Shown piece after piece: positions 36,469 to 47,814 of a DNA stretch of 64,000 bases; the stretch's first letter is position 1; every line of letters begins with the position of its first letter. The stretch spans positions 58,468,001 to 58,532,000 of the forward strand of contig CM059432.1 of NCBI GenBank assembly GCA_030390025.1. Reading direction: 5' to 3'. Both the position numbers and the translations under genes were made by a program. This DNA comes from Squalus acanthias. Lineage: Eukaryota. Under the pieces are notes generated by a model. It was not told the origin of the DNA. It did not search any database and saw only the letters and a program-made list of their open reading frames with translations.

Positions 36469-36744
36469 TTAGATACAGGATGCCAATGAGATTGTCCACA
36501 GTAGCCAATATTGGATATCACACTCTAACGTAAAAGGTTTCAATACAGACAGTCATCCATTTTTATATGAGCGAATATATATGACTAATTCAGCAATGGA
36601 ACGTTAAACAGAGTATACTGTTGCATTCTGGGAGCATACTTCATGAACCTGGGTAAGTAGACTCAAGTGCCCAATTGACAATACACGGAATTCAGAGAGT
36701 GAAACATTTTCTAACATTTTGCAGACCTCATACAGAGCATGCAT
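36469..36744 (+). repeat. Duplicated segment, copy 2, right part
   Basis: Paralog of 21013-21287. Confidence 0.88.
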
Positions 36745-36984
36745 TCCGTCCACTGTTTTTATATTGGACCCATGCTGAATTCAATGATATTTATCATTTG
36801 TTCCCTGTCTCAGCACTGCTTGCCCATTTATAACAGGAACTGCTGGGATTTTCTGGTCTGGTCTTCAGAAGTTTGATTCTTAAAGGTGCGATTGGCAGTT
36901 TAGTATAGTGTTTAAAGTTCTCTTTCCATTTTTCGAGCGCATGTTCGTGTGTGTGTGTTTTCTCTCCCCCTTCACTTTGTTCTG

Positions 36985-37150
36985 TTACTTTTTAAATGTT
37001 GTTCATCTATACCTTCCAGTTCTGATGAGCAGTCTGCACCTGAAACATTGGCCTGTCTGTTCTCTCCACCGATGCTGCCTGACCTCCTGAATGTTACCAG
37101 TATTTTCTATTTTTGTTTCAGATCTCCAGCATCTGCCGTTTTTTTTATTC
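36985..37150 (+). mobile_element. Penelope-like element terminal (pLTR) fragment
   Basis: CAGTTCTGATGA...CCTGAAAC...GATGCTGCCTGACC...CCAGCATCTGC; related sequence at 43830-43950. Confidence 0.6.
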
Positions 37151-38194
37151 TGTCTCCTGAACAGTTGCGAATAATTTTGGATTTGAAGAAAACTGGAATG
37201 GATGTAACACTGCACACCTATTCCAATGTGTCAGCGCAATCATAAAAAGCCCTTATTTTTATGGAGCTATTCACAGAAACGTGTGATTATCCTGCAATCA
37301 CAGGTTTCCCTTCTCTTGGGTGTAAAACACCAAATGAGTGCACTCAATTGTTAACTTCACATCGTGATCTAATGCTGCAATCTGCCCTAACGTTGATACC
37401 TACAGATTGTTTCTCTTTCCTTATTTGTCAATATTTTTTTTTTTGCTGTACTATACTGTAGCATTTAAGCAGATAATCAAGTGTACTTTCCGTGTCAGCA
37501 GCCTCTTGTCTTTTTCATGAACATAGCTGTCTACATCACCGTGTCTTTTGCCTTTTAGTAAAGGGATGTTTTTAACTCTTTAATGCTGCCATTCATATTT
37601 GGCAGTACATTTGTCACTTCTGCTGGATCCCATTACAATTAATGCACACATTTGGCAAACAAACCTGAAATACAAAATTCCGTTATGGGAGCTGGCTGAC
37701 ATTGTGGATCAGGTAACTGAAGAAAACCCCTTAAGTGATGTCCACATTTTTTCATTAAATTCTTAACAGATAGAAGCAGTATAGACAATCAGCCCAAATC
37801 TCAAATTAATTTTAATAAAGGAGGAGGGAAGGGAATATTTTTATTATCATTGAAACATCCTCTACATTAAGAAATTCTTCTATTTCCATCTCCTAATGCA
37901 GTAGGTCTGAATACATTCAACCCACACCTCAGTAGCTATTATTAATGCTTGGATTGCAATCCCCAAGAGCAAATTAGAAATCATGAATCCGTGCCTAATC
38001 CTCTTTCTAATTGAAAAAGAAGGAAAATGGAACTATTCATAATGATTGGTGTAAGGGAGGTGCAATATAACGTTCTACTCCATTGGATGAAGTTATTTTG
38101 GACCAAAACCACTCTCACTCAGCCCTGTCAAATGCTTTCTCTACATCCAATGATAGTGCCGTTGCAGTGGTTGTAAGGCTGCCATTTATAGATC

Positions 38195-38290
38195 AAAAGA
38201 CTTGCATTTATATCTTTCAGGATCATTGCAAAGTAGTTCATGTAATTACTTTGAAGTGCAGTGACTACTACAATGTAGGCAACACAACCG
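38195..38290 (-). mobile_element. DeuSINE (AmnSINE1/SacSINE1-like) 3' fragment
   Basis: ACTTGCATTTATAT...TACTTTGAAGTGCAGTGACTACTACAATGTAGG. Confidence 0.55.
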
Positions 38291-38319
38291 ATATCAGTTT
38301 CTGTACAGTTTCATACGTA

Positions 38320-38635
38320 GCTACAACCCTACGAGATCTCTGCGCTCCTCCAATTCTGGCCTCTTGCGCATCCCTTATTTTAATCACGCCACCACTGGTG
38401 GCCGTGCCTTCTGTTGCCTAGGCCCTAAGCTCTGGAATGCCTTCCCTAAACCTCTCCGCCTCTCTACCCCTCTCTCCTACATTAAGATGCTCCTTAAAAC
38501 CTACCTTTTGTCCCATCTGTTCTAATATCTCCTTATGTGGCTCGGTGTCAAATTTTGTTTGATAACACTCCTGTGAAGCGCCTTGGGACGTTTTACTATA
38601 TTAAGGGCTCTATATAAATTCAAGTTGTTGTTGTA
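38320..38635 (+). mobile_element. L2 LINE 3' end
   Basis: Encodes GGRAF...PKLWNAFP-like terminus; TGTGAAGCGCCTTGGGACG...TATATAAATTCAAG followed by (TTG)n. Confidence 0.75.
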
Positions 38636-39389
38636 GCTAGCGGACTTCTTTTACATTCCTGATCACACTGAGCTCAGCAAAAAAGGAGTGTGGGGAGTCT
38701 GGGCATGGATGCTTAGACACGAGCACAAAGATTCGCTTCCAGGTAGATAATTTTTAATATTATGGGTGGGTGGGGGAGAGCACCTTATGACATTAAAAGG
38801 TACATTACTAAGTTTGTAAAATGTCCAGAAGATCCAATGCATTGCCTCGACACTTTTAAAATGTAGCTTTGCATCAGACTGAAGTTATACTGCACTCAGC
38901 AAAAAGCCAATTCAGTGTGAGCCTAGATTCTGACAACCAAATAGAACCTTATTATTACAGCTAAGGATTCCATTCAGGCATTTCACACTAATTGCATTTT
39001 TAAGTTAATTTTTTTTTAGATTTTAGAAAGAAAGAATGAAGAAAGAACTTGTATTTATATAGCATCTTTCATCACCTCAGTTTGTCCCAAAGCACTTCAT
39101 AGCTATTGAAGTACTTTAGAAATGTAGGCCAGAATTTTTACCTGCCGACGTGCAGGTAGCGAGGGAGCCCTGGATCGCGTGGGGAACCCGGAGGTTTCAA
39201 CGGCGTGTTTGGCTTTTTAACAAAGCCACTGCATTTGCATCTGACTTCTGGGTTTCCCAACCAATTAATGATAGCGGGCTTGATGACATCCCGTATGGGT
39301 CCAATTCAGCTCAGGTATTTAAAGAAGCAATGCAAAGATGACAGTTGAAGGTTTGTGGAGGTTGGAGAGACCTTGCTGGGAAAGACAAA

Positions 39390-41086
39390 AAAATACAGTC
39401 CCAATGTACAAAAGCTGCCCCTCACTTCAGTGATGCCTCCTTGAAACTCCTGCTTCAACGAGTCAGGGCCCACAGGGAGGTCCTATTCCCTGCTGATAGG
39501 AGGAAGAGGCCAGCTGCAGACACCAAGCTGGAGATAGCGGTGGAGGTGAGCAGCAGGAGTGTGATGGCGAGATCCTGGGATTCAATGCAGGAAGAGATTT
39601 AATGACCTCATGAGGTCAGGAAAGGTGAGTACAATGCCACATTCAACTACATTCTGATGTTCGTGTCACCCCAACCCCCCCTCACTCTGCTTTCCCAAGC
39701 CTACTCCTGCACATCACTCCTTACACCAACCTACCTTGCAGGTGCCCCATCCCTCTCTGTCTATGCACTTCCTCACATCCCCACCTGACCATCCACCACT
39801 GACACTCACCCTCATCTTAATGTAATGTCACGCCTCTCCCTCAGTCACGCTCTACAGATGTTGCCCATGCATCCGTTCAACTCATTCCATGACTTTCACT
39901 CAAAGGTCTCTTGCTTCCTTCCTTGCAGGAGAAGAGAGCACAGAACACCAGGGAGAGGCAGGGAACCAGAGGTGGCCCTCCAGTCATCTCCACGCTGATT
40001 GCTGCAGAGGAGAAGGCACTGGAGCTAACTGGAATATCGGCGTTGATGGCGGTGGGAGATGGAGAGATGGGAAGCTCCCAGCTACCTGGTGATAGAATTA
40101 AATATCACACAGCCACATGGCATACAACACTCACTCATGTTGACTTGATGTCAGCAGCCAGTGAAATATGATCATGTGCATAATGTTCATTTAAAATATT
40201 CTTACCATGACAGTTCCAATTCATGTTTCTCCCACAGGCCCATCAAGTGTCCAACAGCCAGTGGAGCCAGAGGAGGAAGAAGACTCCTCAGAGGAGGTCA
40301 CTAATTCTGAGCGTGCACCGTCACAGGACGCATGTACAACAAGCACCAGCGCAGATACACACACACCGGTGGGACCATTAAGTCAGATGGTGTCACCTGG
40401 TGTCTCACGGATCACATATGAGCAAGAGCGGATGGTGTAGACAAGGACAGCAATGGGGAGTCCTCGTCTGAGGGCGCAGGACGCTCCAAGCTCTGCTCAG
40501 CTGGACGCAGATGCTGAACCTCTGGGGTCGTCGACAAAGAGGATGACTGGCATGATGTCGCAGGCTATGGCTATGATGTTCATCCAAAGGATGGCCACCT
40601 GCATGGAGCATCAAACGTGGCAGTCAAACAAGTGCATGCTTGCCCTCACCAACAGCTTGCACACTCTGAATGCCACTTTAACAAGGATGGATAAAAACCT
40701 AGACTTGGCTGTTCATCGCCCCACTGATGGGCAACAAAGTGCTCTCCAGCTCATTGCTAGCAGGGAAGTGCGGGTGGGGCATGAGAGGGGTAATGGTGAG
40801 CGGGGACATAGAAGTGGGGACTCTGCTCAAAGCGCTTCCACTTCTCACCCATTGCCGCCCCCCCACGTCAGAGCCCCACATGCTGCCTCCTGTCCCGATG
40901 GCCGAGTCTACCCCTGCACAGGGGCAGGAGGAGCAGTCTTCACGGGCTCCAAAACCCAGAGGACATCGGCCAAGTGCATCTTAGCAGTCAGAGCAGGAAA
41001 GTGAGCATCCTGCCTCTACCTTTGCTGAAGCCACGAGGGTTGCACATTGTAGAAGTAGTAGGAAGAGGAAGATGAAAGAATTCTAG
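39390..41086 (+). pseudogene. Harbinger Myb/SANT-like gene, 3 exons (~39390-39624, 39929-40088, 40238-~41086), disrupted
   Basis: APHFSDASLKLLL...EVLFP; AAG|GTGAGT donor; 160-nt exon 2 EKRAQNTRERQGTRGGPP. Confidence 0.82.
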
Positions 41087-41375
41087 TTACACAAGGGTAT
41101 GCACATGGGTATGTTAGGCAATGTTGTACTGTGAAGGTTATGTTGAAATTTGGAGGAACGTAAAATTATTTCATTGTACCACTTTCCCGTCTTGCTGAAT
41201 TTTGTCTGTTGCCTGGCGCGTGGCCTTGTCACTTGTAATGAATAGTAAGACACGACTTAACTGCGAGCAATGGATGTCTATGAAAGGAATGGTTTGGTCA
41301 TTGTAGGACTGCTTTGTGGTTGGGAGGGGAAAGTGGGTCCAGCATCTGAGTGCCAGATCGGTGCACTGGTGCAAC

Positions 41376-42561
41376 CTAACTAAATCGGGCCATTATGGGG
41401 CCATCCTGGACATCCCTGGCAGCAATGTGCGCTGCTGCTGGTGCTATGTTCACATCAACTTCCTCCTCCTCCTCCTCTGAAGAGGCTGTGTGCTCTGCAC
41501 CTTGCTCCTCCTGCAGCTCCAATCCTCGTTGCTGCACTATGTTGTGCAGCGCACAGCATACCACGATCATTCTGGCTGGTGTGTATTGAAGGGATCCTCC
41601 AGATCTGTCCAGGCATCTGAAGCCCATCTTCAGCATCCCGATTGCTTGCTCCATTACACATCTCATTGTCATTTGGCTTTGATTGTAGCACTCTTTGGCC
41701 TCATTGCTTGGCCTTCTCAAGGATATCATCAGCCACATCTTCAGTGGATAGCCCTTGTCTCCAAGTATCCAGCCAGTAAGTCTGGTCGGAGGTGCGAAGA
41801 GCTGAGGGAGAGTGGACTGGCGCAGGATGAATGCATCATGACAGCTGCCTGGGAATCTGGCGCACACATGCACGATGATCTTTTTGTGGTTACAGACGAG
41901 CTGCACATTGATGCAGTGGAAGTCCTTGCAGTTCACAAACACTCCTGGGTGATCTGGGGGTGCCTTGATTGCCACATGTGTGCAGTCGATGATGCCCTGC
42001 ACCTGTGGGAAGCCAGCCAGAGCCGCAAACCTGAGCGCCTCCTCACTCTGACTGGCTTCATCGGTGACAAATGTGTACATAACTGCCTGCCCTGGTGGAC
42101 ATGGCATCAGTCACCTGGGTGATGCATTTGTGGGCGGCCAACTGCGAGATCCTGCAAATATCTCCTGCAGATCCCTGGAAGGATCCTGAGGTGAAGAAGT
42201 TGAGGGCAGTGGACACTTTGACAGCCACTGATAAAGCGTGGCCACCAGGTCCACTTGGCAGCAGGTCTTGTCCCAGCAGGCTGCAAATGTCTGCCACGAC
42301 CTGACGTGGTACTCTGAGCCTCCTGAGGCTCTGCTGTTCAGACATGTCCTGGAAGCTGATCCTCTGCCTGTGTACCCGGTGTTGGGGGTATCGCCTCCTG
42401 CGAGGTGCACCCCTGTGCTCATCCCCTCTCTCCTGTGGAGCAGCAGGTCGGTGAGGAGAACACTGCTGCTGCTTCTGCTGGTGTTGCTGGTGTTGTTGCT
42501 GCTGGTGCTCATTCTGGCCCCCATCTGAGGTCCAAGGTGAAACAGCATAAGCGGCACCCAT
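41376..42561 (-). pseudogene. Harbinger transposase, one evident frameshift near 42105
   Basis: GIIDCTH, GSCHD, ILGDKGY, MEQAIG, CCALHN; poly-Q N-terminus and poly-E C-terminus. Confidence 0.92.
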
Positions 42562-43354
42562 GCTGATCTGATATATGACAGAGTGGAGTTCAGACACACA
42601 GTCCTCCAATGTAGTGAGAGTGACCTCCAAAGTTGTAGAATTCACTAGCAAAGTACTGATAGCAAACTCTGAGAACAAGTGCTGTGAGCAAAAGCCTTTC
42701 CCTTAGGCAAGGAAGCAGCTGTGAGGTCTCAGTACTTATCGGATTTTTTGCCTGTCATTTGTTCTACCCCCTCAATTGCCATTGTGCTCTCGCCTTGCTT
42801 TCACTGATGAGGTCTAGGAAGCCTACGAATCCCGTGCACATACAGTAAAATTTGAAACCCCATGTAAAAAGCCGCTTAACGAGCCGCTTAATTAGCTGCT
42901 TAACTAGCTCTAAATTGCTTTAACTTTCTAACCAGCCTCTCCTCAGGGGGTTTCTCGCTCACAGCCGAACGCGCTCGAGTTAAATGCGGAAGCCGGCGGG
43001 TTGAAGCCAGCTTCCCGACGCGCAGTCAATTTCAAAGCATTTAACCACCCACCCACTCCCAAACACACTCACTCTTTCCTGTTAAAATCCCGGCAGTAGT
43101 CACTGTTGTAATGTAGGGATTTTGAAAACCATGTGCACTTTGTTCGCATGGGCCGCCACATGATTCTTCTCTCTTCAAGAAGCAGATCGAATATGTACAT
43201 ATTCTGGATAAGACTCAGGCTCTGAACCAACAAATGGTTTTAGTTAAATAAAACATGACTGAACAATATGCTGCATAAAACAGTGATTCATACACTTCTT
43301 TATTCTCCTCAATCCATAAACTAACAGATGGCACTTATACTCTTTCTAAACATA

Positions 43355-45493
43355 GGGCTACAAATTCGTGGCCTTAGCGCAACTCCGTAGCACCAATAAA
43401 TGGCACTAAAACGGCGGCCGCCACTTTTTCACCAGCTGCTGGCGGTTCCTGCGGCGGCCGCCGTTTTCGTCCTTACTTTTGCACTGCCGGTAACTGGCAG
43501 CACCGTGCTGGACAAAATGGCGACGTTGTAACGTAAATCAGCGTGCAACGCCGACTTTATGTCACAAGCGTGAACTTCGATCCTAGCTGGGTCCTAAGCA
43601 CGCCAGGTGAACAGTGACAGTGACTGACAGTGGCGATGTCTGGACCTGTTAAAGGGACATACACATCATTCAGGTAAGTTTGAATTTAAGGGTTTGGACT
43701 GGGTTTTTTTGATTTTATTGAAGTGGTTGCTTGCTGCAATAGATGTGAAAAGTTTTTTAAGTGTGTAGGGAGTATTGCTGGATGTTTGCAATGACTCGGA
43801 TAGTAAATGAAGGCCTTTGAGAAGACAGAACATCAGGCAACATCCGTGGAGAGAAAAACAGAATTCACGTCTCAGGTCGAGATGCTGCCTGACCAGCTGA
43901 GTATTTCCAGCATTTTATGCTGTCTTATCACATTTACAGCATCTGCTTGCAGAGGGAAGAGGAAGACACAGAAGAGGAGGAATCAGAAGAGGAGGAATCA
44001 GACGGAAGGATGCAACCCAGACAGCCCCTTTGTGGCCGGGATATCCGGGATGGAATCATCCGCCTGCGGTCCCAGTGACCACAACCCCAATTCCCCTTTC
44101 AACATTAGTCCCACACCTTACCTTCCATCTGTTACTGATCATCACAGTGACCTCTTGGCCACAATGCTGAAATAAAAGGCACCACAAAGCAAACTTTCCA
44201 ATCCACCTATATACGTCTATCCATCCAATGTGACATCAAGGAATCAACTCATCACCCGTATGCATTCTCTTAGTGACTGTCTTGTGTGTGCCTTTGCCTA
44301 TCTTACTGATGTCACGCAGTGCTACCCCAGTGGCTGCACCATGGCTGGGGAAAGGCTGCTGACTTTCAATGGGGGACACTGCAAATGTCCCTGCTGATTG
44401 AACTTGAGGAGCTGGTGGCTGGGAGTGTGAAATCAATCGTCTTCTGTTCTTGTTCTTCTTCACTCTCCTCTCCCTCTTCTTGTCACCTACTGGCTGGGCA
44501 GGCTGCATTTCTTGGGTGTGTGAAATGAGGAAGGCACAAGTGTGGAGTTGTGCTGACGGGAGGGTGGGAAAGCAAGAGGCGCATGCAAGAAGGAGGATAA
44601 TGTACGAGGATACCAGCATCTTGTATCCTTTCAGCCCTGCCGCTGGCCAAGGACTCAGCCATGATCCTGCCAAGAATGGCCAACATTGTCTCCTCCGAGG
44701 GGATGAGGTGAGGCTAGGAATCGGAGATGTGCCTCGTCATTGGTGCTGATAGTTGGTAGGTGAGTGATTGGGGGTCGTGCATTGAGCAGTGTGTGAGGCT
44801 AGTGGTGCAGTTGGTCGGAGATGGCTTTTGAAGATACATTCACTGACCTTGACCAATGGTCTGAGGTCATGAAGCTTCTTTGGGCACTGGAGCCAGGTCA
44901 TGGGGGCAACACTGCTGGCAGTGACAGCCTCAGTGATGTGGTCCCACATCCTTCTTTCTGGAGGGCCTCCTGCCCCTTGTAGGTAGAGAGCCTGTGTTGC
45001 AGTGTTGACTCCTGCACAGAGCTAGAGTGCTGCATGCGAGACCCTGGGTGCCCCTTCCCTGGCTTGCTGAGCCATTTGTGTTAGTGCTGATGCAGTTTTC
45101 CCATTTGCTGAGGTTAGGAAGGTAATTCAGCTTTAAGAGCTGAATATTCACATTTGGAACTTCTTTTAAATGTTGAAAAAAAAATTTATAAGGCAGAAAG
45201 GGCTGAAAAATGTATTGATTCACTTCATTTTATTTAGTATTGCTTCAGTGTGCATGGCCCCTTTAATTCTCAGACCTATTCATTGCCCACAATTCCTTGC
45301 GAGCTCCACAGTTTCGCTCACAGAGGCTGTAGGAAGCTGCAATGCCGGACCTGGACAGGAACTTCATCCCGGATCACTCCAGCAATGCCACCAGGACGGC
45401 GTTGCACGGAAGGTGAGCGCTGGGCCACCTATCTCCATGTCCCCCAGGCCAATTTCACCGGCAACTTTGCTGATGAACACGAATTTTTACTCC
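43355..45493. mobile_element. Internally deleted Harbinger derivative (Myb remnant on minus strand ~45074-44236; transposase reduced to its acidic 3' end)
   Basis: TIR GGGCTACAAATTCGTG/CACGAATTTTTACTCC (13/16); ATA/ACA TSD; WDHITEAV...TWLQCPKKLHDL Myb motif. Confidence 0.8.
43830..43947. mobile_element. Inverted pair of Penelope-like terminal fragments
   Basis: TCAGGCAACATC...GAGAGAAAAACAGA...TCAGGTCGA (reverse) abuts GATGCTGCCTGACC...CCAGCATTTT (forward). Confidence 0.55.
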
Positions 45494-45595
45494 ACAGTCT
45501 TTAAAACCTTAGTACATTTCTTAAAATCATGGAATAGCTGCAGTTAAAAATTTTCCCAATTTCTCTGTGAGCTGGCAGAGCCTTTAAAACACAGA

Positions 45596-46484
45596 GGGGG
45601 AAAAATTCGGTTGCTTTGCGCCTCCCGTTAGCGCCCTAAGAGGGCGCTAATGGGGCGCAAAGCAACTAGCGCCTGTGTACGGCGATGTTTGCGCCACTCG
45701 CAAAATTGACCAGACATTTTGCAGCGGTGCTAAACACTACTGCCACGATCTCCTGCGCCCGCAGATCGTGACGTCAGTCAAGTGTGCAACGCCCCGGTAG
45801 CGCCCCAGACCAGATATTGAGTGGCACCCCCTGCCTTTCCGCCTGCCGCTAGCAATGACAGGTTGAGGGGAACGTTTTGCAGTCGGGAAGGGACTGGGGA
45901 GCGCTATTTAAAGGTGACCGCTTCCTGCCTTTTTTGTTGCCGACATTTTTGCACCACGCATTCTGAGAGAGAGAGAGAGACTGCAGAAGATATTCAACGC
46001 TGTGTGAAGGAGTTTTGGGTACTGAGCAGCACTTTGCAGGTTCATTTTAATTTGACCTTCCTTGCATCAATTTAGAAGAGACTGTGGGAGCTGCACTCTG
46101 AGCTCTTTCCCTGGGCCTCTTCATTATTCTTTCCAGCAGATTTGATGTACAGGTCTCTCCAGGCCGAGATTCAAGCTGCAATGAGCAGGGTGTGGATGGA
46201 GGGCAAGATCGACCCTTCCCTTTAAGAACTGGCCGGGGCCATTGTGTCTGTGTTCCATTGCTGACTGACATTACATGAGCTTCGCCCGCGCTCTGAGGTA
46301 GTGCCTCGCTCCTCGGCGTTAGCGCCTTAAGAGAGGTGTGTAGCGCCTGATTTAGCGCTCCAATCACCTCCAGGGGCGATAGAAGCCAAGTTTACAGTCG
46401 GAGGAAATAATTAGTGCCAGGCGCTAAACTTTGCGCCCGGCCAATAATTGCGCCCCAAACGGGGCGATACCGAATTTCTCCCCC
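45596..46484 (+). mobile_element. Harbinger-type MITE, GC-rich family
   Basis: TIR GGGGGAAAAATTCGGT/ACCGAATTTCTCCCCC; AGA TSD. Confidence 0.92.
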
Positions 46485-46632
46485 AGAGCTCTTCAGCTGC
46501 TTACTCACAGAAATATAATGTAATCCCCTTTGAGGTTATACTAAAACAAAAGGCAATGCGTCACTGCATCTTTCATAATTACATCAGATCAACCGCCATC
46601 CACAAAAGTCTTCACTTCAACACCGAAGGGAT

Positions 46633-47640
46633 GGGGCGAATTTTAACCCAAAAGAACGGGCGCGTTGGAGTCGGGTGGGAGGTTCAAGTGTTAAAAAACT
46701 GAATCTCGACCCCAACCCACCTCCAACTCGCCCACTTTCGGTTTTAACGGAGGCGGGGCGGGCAGCTCACCCACTCCCAGGAGGCGGGTCGTCCATTATA
46801 ATGAGGCTGGCGTGCCTCATGGTGATCCCCATTTCAAATTTAACGGAGCTGGTCGGGTTTCCCGGGCCACGTCGACCCACCAGCTAAAGTAAGGCCTTTA
46901 TACTTAGCTCCTGGATCCAGCGTCCCTGCTTCACCACCCCCCGCGATCAGACACCTCCCCCGAGGCCTCCGATCCCCCCGCGATCAGACACCTCCCCCCG
47001 AGGCCTCCGATCCCCCCGCGATCAGACACCTCCCCCGAGGCCTCCGATCCCCCCGCGATCAGACACCTCCCCCCGAGGCCTCCGATCCCCCCGCGATCAG
47101 ACACCTCCCCCCGAGGCCTCCGATCCCCCCCCACAAGGCCTCTGGTCACTTTCCTGGCCTCCCTCCTCCAGCCCCAATGCTCAAGCCCCGATCCTTCTCC
47201 CGCAACCTGCAAATGCTCCTCTGGCCCTGATCCTCCCCCGCCCACCGATGCTCCTCTGACCCTGATCCTCCCCCCCGCCACTATGCTTCTCCGGCCCTGA
47301 TACTCCGACCCCAATTCACCACCCCCCCCCCCCCGCCCCCGCACCAGCCCAATGTTCCTCTGGCCCCGATCCTCTGGCCCCGATCCTCCTCCGGCCCCTG
47401 ACCACCCCGTACTCGATCCTGCCCTCCCTCCTCTCTGCAGCCCAGTGCCACAGGCCAACCCGCCTGCAGCCAGCCAGCCTCTCCATCTGACTGGCTGCGG
47501 ACAGGAAACAGAGCTTTGAAACACTAATAAGGCCCTGCCGTTAAATTCAGCAAGGCATGGAGGAAACCCGTTCTCCTGGGTTTCCCGACTGCTTTCTAGT
47601 GCCCCCGCTCCCAGCCCGCCTCCAGATTAAAATTCCGGCC
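46633..47640. mobile_element. Non-autonomous Harbinger element containing a minisatellite
   Basis: TIR GGGGCGAATTTTAA/TTAAAATTCCGGCC; GAT TSD. Confidence 0.87.
46937..47131 (+). repeat. 37/38-bp C-rich minisatellite, 5 units
   Basis: GCGATCAGACACCTCCCCCGAGGCCTCCGATCCCCCC at 46943, 46980, 47018, 47055, 47093. Confidence 0.93.
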
Positions 47641-47814
47641 GATGTCCAACCTTTGACAATCATAGAATTATAGAATCATAGAATGGTTACAGCACGGAAG
47701 AAGGCTATTCAGCCCGTCGAGCCCGTGACGACTTTCTGCAAGAGCATTTCAGCTAGTCCCACTCCCCCGCCCTTTCCCCGTAGCCCTGCAAATTTTTTTC
47801 CGTCAGGTACTTAT

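Larger units (their letters stand above)
39127..43095. mobile_element. Harbinger element D, full length (~4.0 kb; Myb +, transposase -)
   Basis: TIR GGCCAGAATTTT/AAAATCCCGGCA; GTA TSD; convergent genes. Confidence 0.92.
39040..43120 (-). mobile_element. DeuSINE 3' fragment split by Harbinger element D
   Basis: AACTTGTATTTATATAGC...AAGTACTTTAGAAATGTA|element|GTCACTGTTGTAATGTAGG is contiguous once the element is removed. Confidence 0.7.

Noticed and set aside
46931..47524. 197-aa Gly-rich ORF
   Set aside because: Translation of a C-rich minisatellite and low-complexity sequence
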